Shown: positions 26,133-32,000 of the stretch, piece after piece
How the letters are laid out: the number at the start of each line of letters is the position of its first letter
Numbering within the stretch: the first letter of the stretch is position 1
Assembly (NCBI RefSeq): GCF_001457595.1
Contig: NZ_LN831039.1
Span: 5,430,001-5,462,000, forward strand
Direction: 5' to 3'
DNA: 32,000 nucleotides
From: Mycolicibacterium smegmatis
GTDB taxonomy: Bacteria; Actinomycetota; Actinomycetes; Mycobacteriales; Mycobacteriaceae
Notes under the pieces: generated by a model
The model's input: the letters and a program-made list of their open reading frames with translations, nothing else
The model's database searches: none
Told to the model about the DNA's origin: nothing
Translations under genes and position numbers: made by a program

Positions 26133-27038
26133 ATGAAAACCCGCACCGCCCGCTCGTCGACAACTCTCCGCCGCACCCTGCTCGCATGTGCGATGTCCTT
26201 TGCCGTCGTCGCGGTCGGCGCCTGTTCCACCACCGAGCCAGGCACCGGGAATCCCGGCGGTGAGGGCAGCACCCTCGACCGGATCAAGGCCGACAAGAAG
26301 ATCAACGTCGGCTTCGCCAACGAGCGGCCGTACGCCTACCGCGAGAACGGCCAACTGGTCGGTGAGGACCCCGCGATCCACGGCCACATCTTCAACGAGA
26401 TCGGTGGCATCACCCTCGAGCCGCACCTGTTCGAGTTCGGTTCGCTGATTCAGGCGCTCAACTCCGAGCGCGTCGACGTGGTCACCGCGGGCATGTTCAT
26501 CACCCCGCAGCGCTGTGAGCAGGCGGCGTTCAGCAACCCGGTGTATGTGGCCACCACCTCGCTGCTGGTCCCATCGGGCAACCCGAAGGGGCTGAGTGAC
26601 TACGCGTCGGTGGCCAACGGTGACGCCCGCCTGGCGGTCATGAACGGCGCCGTGGAGGTCGAGCAGGCGAAAGGATCGGGTGTTCCTGATGACCGCCTGC
26701 AGATCGTCGCCGACCAGCAGGCGGGTCTGGACGCGGTCAAGACCGGCCGCGCCGACGCGTTCGCGCTGACCAGCATCTCGTTGCGGGCGCTGGCGGCCAA
26801 CGACAACAGCGTGGAGGTCGCTGACGCGTTCGTCCCAGTCATCGACGGCAAGGAACAGGTCGGCGCGGGCGCAGCCGTGTTCCGGAAGAACGACACCGCG
26901 CTGCGCGAAGCCTTCAACGAGAAGCTTGCCGAGCTGATCCAGAGCCCGAAGTGGCTTGAGCTGGTCGAACCCTACGGGTTCACCGAAGCCGAGCGCCCCG
27001 ATCCCGGCCTGACCGCAGAAGAGCTCTGCCAGGGCTGA
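26133..27038 (+). CDS. ehuB: Ectoine/hydroxyectoine-type ABC transporter substrate-binding lipoprotein
   Basis: Lipobox VVAVGACS; INVGFANERPYAYRENGQLVGEDPAI; gene order BCDA. Confidence 0.82.
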   Translation: MKTRTARSSTTLRRTLLACAMSFAVVAVGACSTTEPGTGNPGGEGSTLDRIKADKKINVGFANERPYAYRENGQLVGEDPAIHGHIFNEIGGITLEPHLFEFGSLIQALNSERVDVVTAGMFITPQRCEQAAFSNPVYVATTSLLVPSGNPKGLSDYASVANGDARLAVMNGAVEVEQAKGSGVPDDRLQIVADQQAGLDAVKTGRADAFALTSISLRALAANDNSVEVADAFVPVIDGKEQVGAGAAVFRKNDTALREAFNEKLAELIQSPKWLELVEPYGFTEAERPDPGLTAEELCQG

Positions 27039-27042
27039 GCCG

Positions 27043-27741
27043 TTGCTCGACAAACTCATCGACGCCGCACCGCTGTTCCTGCAGGGCGCCGGGGTGACCA
27101 TGCTGTACACGGTGCTGGGTGCACTCGCGGCTCTGGTGGTGTCCTTCGTATTCGGCCTGATGTCGCTGTCGGGCTCGGTGGCGGCGCGCGGCTTCAGCCG
27201 GGTGGTGGTCGAGTTCTTCCGCGGCACCTCCCTGGTGATCCAGCTGCTGTGGATCTTCTTCGTACTGCCGCAACTGGGCCTGCGCTTCGAGCCGATGGCG
27301 GCCGCGACCCTCGCGTTCGGGCTCAACTTCGGCGCGTACGGCGCCGAGGTGGTCCGCGGCGCGATCGCCTCGGTGCCCAGCACGCAGTGGGAGGCAACCG
27401 TCGCCCTGGGTCTGGGCCGCTTCCGGCGGATGCGTCGCGTCATCCTGCCGCAGGCGCTGCCGGAGATGGTGCCGCCCTTCGGCAACCTGTGGATCCAGAT
27501 ACTCAAGAGCTCGTCGCTGCTGTATCTCATCGGCATCACCGAGCTGACCTTCGAGGTCAAGCAATTGCAGTTCGACGTGGGCAGCATGGCGGCGTTCAGC
27601 ATCGCGCTGGTGGTGTATTTCGTGCTGGCACAGGTCCTGGTTGCCGTGACCCGCTTCGTGGAAGCCCGCGCGGCCGCCGGCGTGGGGCGTCGGCCGAAGG
27701 CCGTGGTCGTCGAGGCAGAGCCGGTGGTGACCGGCCGATGA
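27043..27741 (+). CDS. ehuC: ABC transporter permease, EhuC-like
   Basis: His/Glu/Arg/Opine permease pattern VVEFFRGTSLVIQLLWIFFVLPQLG, EVVRGAIASVPSTQWEA. Confidence 0.82.
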   Translation: MLDKLIDAAPLFLQGAGVTMLYTVLGALAALVVSFVFGLMSLSGSVAARGFSRVVVEFFRGTSLVIQLLWIFFVLPQLGLRFEPMAAATLAFGLNFGAYGAEVVRGAIASVPSTQWEATVALGLGRFRRMRRVILPQALPEMVPPFGNLWIQILKSSSLLYLIGITELTFEVKQLQFDVGSMAAFSIALVVYFVLAQVLVAVTRFVEARAAAGVGRRPKAVVVEAEPVVTGR

Positions 27742-28406
27742 ACACCGAACGCAGCCTGTGGAACTGGGACTACGCACACGAGGTGCTGCCGGGCCTGGTC
27801 GCCGCCTTCTTCAAGTTCACCCTCGGCATCACGGCTGCGTCATCGCTCGTCGCGATCGTGCTGGGCCTCGTGCTGGTCCTGGGCCGGCGATCCGGGGCCC
27901 GGTGGATCTCCTGGCCGTCCTACGCCGTCGTCGAGTTCATCCGCAGCACCCCGATCCCGATCCAGCTGTTCTTCGTCTACTTCGGACTGCCCGTCGTCGG
28001 AATCCGGCCCAGCGCACTGGTGACCGGTATCGCGGTGCTCGGGGTGCACTACGCCTGCTACATGTCGGAGGTGTATCGCGCCGGCATCGACGCGATTCCC
28101 CAAGGGCAGTGGGAGGCGTGCACCGCGTTGTCACTGTCGCCGTACCGCACGTGGCGCGCGGTGGTTCTGCCGCAGGTGGTGCGCCGGATCTTGCCGTCGA
28201 CGGGTAATCAGGTGATCGCGCTGTTCAAGGAAACCCCGTTCCTGATCGTCATCGGTGTCCTGGAGATGGTCACGGTGGCCAACCAGTTCGGCGGCCAGAA
28301 CTACCGGTACATCGAACCGATCACCATCGCGGGCCTGATCTTCCTGGCCGCGAGCTACCCCACCTCCGTGCTCATGAGGAAACTGGAGATCCGCGTTGCC
28401 CGCTGA
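27738..28406 (+). CDS. ehuD: ABC transporter permease, EhuD-like
   Basis: VVEFIRSTPIPIQLFFVYFGLP; EVYRAGIDAIPQGQWEA; ATGA overlap with ehuC. Confidence 0.82.
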   Translation: MNTERSLWNWDYAHEVLPGLVAAFFKFTLGITAASSLVAIVLGLVLVLGRRSGARWISWPSYAVVEFIRSTPIPIQLFFVYFGLPVVGIRPSALVTGIAVLGVHYACYMSEVYRAGIDAIPQGQWEACTALSLSPYRTWRAVVLPQVVRRILPSTGNQVIALFKETPFLIVIGVLEMVTVANQFGGQNYRYIEPITIAGLIFLAASYPTSVLMRKLEIRVAR

Positions 28407-29187
28407 GAATTCGCCGCACCCCATGGTGCGTTTCGAGAACGTCGTCAAACGTTTCGGCGACAAGACGGTCCTGGACGGGATGAATTTCTCCGTCGCCCCC
28501 GGCGAGCGGGTCACGCTCATCGGGCCGTCGGGTTCCGGCAAGACCACGATCCTGCGACTGCTGATGACGCTCGAACGGGTCACCGACGGAGTCATCTGGG
28601 TCGACGGCGAGCCCTTCACCCATGAGCGGCGCGGCGACCGCCTGGCGCCGGCCTCGGAGAAGTACCTGCGCCGTGCCCGGCGACGCATCGGCATGGTGTT
28701 CCAGCAGTTCAACCTGTTCCCCAACATGACGGTGATCGAAAACCTCATGGAGGCACCGGTTTCGGTGCTCGGGCTGAGCAAAGAACAGGCACGTGCCCGC
28801 GGTACCGAACTGCTCGACAAGGTCGGCATGACCGACTTCGTCGACGCGCATCCCACCACCCTGTCGGGTGGTCAGCAGCAGCGCGTCGCGATCGCGCGGG
28901 CATTGGCGATGGAGCCCGACATCCTGCTGCTCGACGAGGTCACCTCCGCTCTCGATCCGGAGCTGGTGGTCGACGTGCTCGGAGTCTTGCGCGACATCGC
29001 CGACACCACCGACATCACGATGCTGATCGTCACCCACGAGATGCACTTCGCCCGCGATGTCTCCGACCGCGTGCTCATGTTCGACAAAGGGGTGATCATC
29101 GAAGACGGCCCGCCGTCGAAGATCTTCAACGAACCCGAGCACGAGCGCACCCGCACGTTCCTGCGGGCTGTGCTCGAAGAGCGGTAG
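28396..29187 (+). CDS. ehuA: ABC transporter ATP-binding protein, EhuA-like
   Basis: Walker A GPSGSGKTT; signature LSGGQQQRVAIARAL; Walker B ILLLDEVTSALD. Confidence 0.88.
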   Translation: MPAENSPHPMVRFENVVKRFGDKTVLDGMNFSVAPGERVTLIGPSGSGKTTILRLLMTLERVTDGVIWVDGEPFTHERRGDRLAPASEKYLRRARRRIGMVFQQFNLFPNMTVIENLMEAPVSVLGLSKEQARARGTELLDKVGMTDFVDAHPTTLSGGQQQRVAIARALAMEPDILLLDEVTSALDPELVVDVLGVLRDIADTTDITMLIVTHEMHFARDVSDRVLMFDKGVIIEDGPPSKIFNEPEHERTRTFLRAVLEER

Positions 29188-29190
29188 CGC

Positions 29191-31752
29191 TCACTCGCTC
29201 CTGCGCGCGGCGGGCAGGTCGATTTCGACGGTCAGCCCACCACCGGGCGTCTCGGCCATCGAGATCCTGCCGCCCATCGCTTCGACCAGCCCGGAAGCAA
29301 CCGGAAGTCCGAGCCCCACACCGATGTTCGCATCATCGCGGCCGAGTCGTTGGAACGGTGCGAACGCCTCGTGCTCGCTTCCGCGAGGGATACCCGGCCC
29401 ACTGTCGACGACGGCGATCAGCACCCGATCGTCCACCTGGCCGGCGGTCACCCGCACGACACCACTGTCGCCGGCCGAGTCGCCATCCGGGTCGCCGTAG
29501 CGCAGAGAGTTCGTCAGCAGGTTGCCGAGAACACGTCCGAGCAGCTCGCCGTCGGCAAGCACGGCGGTCCCGTCGACGTCCACATGAACCCGACGGGCGT
29601 CTGGACCGATGTCGCGCAAGACATGCTCCACCGCGTCGCGCAGGTCGACGGGCCGCAATTCCGGGCGAATCGCGCCGGTGGCCAGACACGACGAATCGAG
29701 CAAATTGACCACCAGCACCGAGAGTTCGTCGACCGACTTTTCGGCGGCCGCCAGAAGCTCGACCGTGTCGTCGGGCGGCGGATTGTCGTGTGCCGCACCC
29801 GCGATGGCCGCTTTCGCCGTCACCAACGGCGTACGCAGATTGTGAGTGATCGCGGACTGGATTGAGCTGCGCAGCTTCTCGGCCTCGGTGTCGAACTTGA
29901 TGGCCTCGTCGGCCTGTCTGCGCTTCTTGACCAGGCTCACGGCCTGTTCGGCGACCGCGTTGAGTACGCGACGGTCGTGCGAGGTGAGGTCCGGGCCGGC
30001 CAAGAGCAGCCAGTACTCGTCGTCGCCGATCTCGATGGTGGTGTCAGCCTCATCGATGTCGGTGCACGGGTTGGCGCCGGCATGGGCGAGCACCTCACCG
30101 GTGCGGCCTCGAAGCAGGCTCACCGAGCGCTGCGCGTAGGTCTCGCGGACCCGTTCGAGCAAGGCACCCGGATCGGCGTCGCGCAGCACTCCGTCGGCGA
30201 ACAACGCCAGTAGTTCGGCGTTTTGCGACGCGCGCCGCGCGGCGCGGGAGTGCCGGGCGGTTTGGTCGACCAGGCCGGCAACAGCGATCGCCAGACCCAG
30301 CAGCACACCTGTCGTGAGAGCGCTGTCGGCCCCGGCGACCGCGAACGAGTTGCGCGGTTCGATGAGGAAGTAGGTGATCAACACCCCCGAGAGCACCGCC
30401 GACAGCGCCGCGCGCGCGATGCCGCCCAGCAGCGCGATCATCAGCACGCCGGCAACGAACAGCGCGGTCTGTGTGCCCACGCCCAGCGGGGGCACGGCCA
30501 GTAACAATGCGCAAATCGCCGGTGGGAGCGCCACCGCGGCCAGCCAGCCGGTCACCGATGCGCCGGGGCCGACGCGAGGTTTGGAGATGCCGGTCCCGGC
30601 TTCTTCGTGGGTGACGACGTGGACGTCCAGTGGGCCGGACCGTTGCACGACGGTCGCGGTGATGCCCTCGTCGAAGAATCGGGCCAGCCGGGACCGTCGC
30701 GACGTGCCGACCACCAATTGCGTGGCGTTGACGTCGCGCGCGAAGTCGATCAACGTGGCCGCGACATCGTCGCCGATGACGGTGTGCAGCGTCGCCCCCA
30801 GGCTGGCGGCCAGGTCCCGCAGGACCCGCTTCTGCTGTGCCGAGGTGACCGTCAGACCGTCGCCCCGCACGACGTGCACGACCTTGAGGTCGGCGCCGGT
30901 GCGGGAGGCGATCAGCGACGCGCGGCGCACCTGAGTTTCCGACCCGGGGCCGCCGGTCACCCCGACCACCACCCGCTCGCGCGGTTTCCACGTATCGGGA
31001 ATCTTGTTGGCGGACCGGTACTTTTCCAATGCCGCGTCGACCTGGTCCGCCAGCCACAGCAACGCCAACTGCCGCAGCGCGGTCAGGTTCTCGGGCCGGA
31101 AGTAATTGGACAGCGCGGCATCCACACGTTCGCGCGGATAGATGTTTCCGTGGGCAAGTCTACGCCGCAACGCTTCCGGAGTGATGTCCACCAACTCGAT
31201 CTGGTCGGCGGCACGCACCACCTCGTCGGGGATCCGGTCGGGTTCATCGACGCCGGTGATCTGCCCGGCCAGATCGGCCACGCTCTCCAGGTTCTGGATG
31301 TTGACCGTACTGATCACCGTGATCCCGGCGTTGAGCAACTCCTCGACGTCCTGCCAGCGTTTGGGGTTCCTGCTGCCGGGGGCGTTGGTATGGGCGAGGT
31401 CGTCGACCAGGACCACTTTGGGCCGCCGCATGAGCAGCGCCGGCACGTCGATCTCCTGGTACTCGGTCCCCTCGTGCTCCACGATGAGCGGCGGGATGAC
31501 GTCGATGCTTGCGAGCAGTTGGCCGACCTTGCGGCGGCCGTGCGTGTCGACCATGGCCGCGACCACGTCGGTACCACGCTCCATCCGCCGGTGCGCCTCG
31601 GCGAGCATCGAGTACGTCTTGCCGACGCCGGGCGCAGCGCCGAGGTAAATCCGCAGGTCACCTACTTTGCGGCTGAGCAATCCCATACGTGTGTTCATCC
31701 CCCTGGCCGTCGGTCCACGCGGGGCGCGGATCACGGTGGACGTTTGCCCCAT
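29191..31752 (-). CDS. kdpD: KdpD-like osmosensitive K+ sensor histidine kinase
   Basis: GAAPGVGKTYSMLAEAHRR; KdpD/Usp domains; four TM; H-box THNLRTPL; HATPase. Start could also be 31698 or nearby. Confidence 0.85.
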   Translation of the reverse strand: MGQTSTVIRAPRGPTARGMNTRMGLLSRKVGDLRIYLGAAPGVGKTYSMLAEAHRRMERGTDVVAAMVDTHGRRKVGQLLASIDVIPPLIVEHEGTEYQEIDVPALLMRRPKVVLVDDLAHTNAPGSRNPKRWQDVEELLNAGITVISTVNIQNLESVADLAGQITGVDEPDRIPDEVVRAADQIELVDITPEALRRRLAHGNIYPRERVDAALSNYFRPENLTALRQLALLWLADQVDAALEKYRSANKIPDTWKPRERVVVGVTGGPGSETQVRRASLIASRTGADLKVVHVVRGDGLTVTSAQQKRVLRDLAASLGATLHTVIGDDVAATLIDFARDVNATQLVVGTSRRSRLARFFDEGITATVVQRSGPLDVHVVTHEEAGTGISKPRVGPGASVTGWLAAVALPPAICALLLAVPPLGVGTQTALFVAGVLMIALLGGIARAALSAVLSGVLITYFLIEPRNSFAVAGADSALTTGVLLGLAIAVAGLVDQTARHSRAARRASQNAELLALFADGVLRDADPGALLERVRETYAQRSVSLLRGRTGEVLAHAGANPCTDIDEADTTIEIGDDEYWLLLAGPDLTSHDRRVLNAVAEQAVSLVKKRRQADEAIKFDTEAEKLRSSIQSAITHNLRTPLVTAKAAIAGAAHDNPPPDDTVELLAAAEKSVDELSVLVVNLLDSSCLATGAIRPELRPVDLRDAVEHVLRDIGPDARRVHVDVDGTAVLADGELLGRVLGNLLTNSLRYGDPDGDSAGDSGVVRVTAGQVDDRVLIAVVDSGPGIPRGSEHEAFAPFQRLGRDDANIGVGLGLPVASGLVEAMGGRISMAETPGGGLTVEIDLPAARRSE

Positions 31753-31802
31753 TGTCGTCGGGGCGGATCAGCGACCACGGTCGAACGGCGAAATTCGTGG
31801 TC

Positions 31803-32000
31803 TCATGGGTACGCCCTGAACTCGTCGGCGAAGGAATCTTCGGTGAATCGAACGACCTGCTGGCGCGCGCGGTTGACGACCGTACGGAAAACATCGGGAC
31901 GGGTGTAATGGCCGGTGGGATCGAAGTTGAGCCGCTCGGCGTACACCCGGTCGAGATCCAGTTCGGCGACGATCACACCCTCTTCATCCGCCAGCGGCGG
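31803..32000 (-). CDS. Nitrilase / carbon-nitrogen hydrolase, C-terminal fragment (runs off window)
   Basis: Reverse strand ...EGVIVAELDLDRVYAERLNFDPTGHYTRPDVFRTVVNRARQQVVRFTEDSFADEFRAYP*, typical nitrilase end (DPTGHYTRPDV). Confidence 0.75.
   Translation of the reverse strand, partial: PPLADEEGVIVAELDLDRVYAERLNFDPTGHYTRPDVFRTVVNRARQQVVRFTEDSFADEFRAYP

Noticed and set aside
25971-27779. 602-aa minus-strand ORF
   Set aside because: Fully antisense to ehuB and ehuC, which have clear family motifs; low-complexity Arg/Ala composition typical of high-GC shadow ORFs.
1-32000. New defence, toxin-antitoxin, phage or BGC system
   Set aside because: No nuclease/toxin pairs, integrases, transposases, NRPS/PKS or capsid-like proteins recognised; gene content is metabolic, regulatory and transport.

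Overview
This is high-GC actinobacterial chromosome, most like a fast-growing Mycolicibacterium (M. smegmatis type). It is packed with metabolic and transport genes, and I saw no phage, integrase, CRISPR, rRNA or tRNA. The main recognisable modules are: (1) an amide-utilisation locus with an FmdA/acetamidase-type amidase, an AmiS/UreI-type channel, an FmdB-like zinc ribbon, a MarR regulator and a divergent AmiC-like amide-binding protein; (2) TetR/hydrolase and TetR/MFS/acyl-CoA-synthetase units; (3) a PE-PPE-domain secreted hydrolase with a long charged tail; (4) two divergent methyltransferases; (5) a secreted protein built on an exact 5-residue repeat (D/A/G-V-N-V-P); (6) a Tat-exported acetamidase/formamidase-family protein, cyanase and an FNT-family channel; (7) an ehuBCDA-like ABC transporter; (8) a KdpD-like kinase with an HN instead of HD/HE in its H-box, with no kdpE or kdpFABC beside it in the window. 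The best second-look material is in three groups. First, there are scars of gene decay: a truncated molybdopterin/cytochrome-type gene, a head-to-head fusion of an ECF41 sigma C-terminus with an NmrA/epimerase C-terminus, a frameshifted DUF385 gene, a frameshift in the FNT N-terminus, and a headless Excalibur-domain fragment. Second, long near-perfect palindromes sit at several convergent gene junctions. Third, there are several operator-like palindromes. I did not find a convincing new defence or mobile system. All family calls come from motif recognition without database searches.
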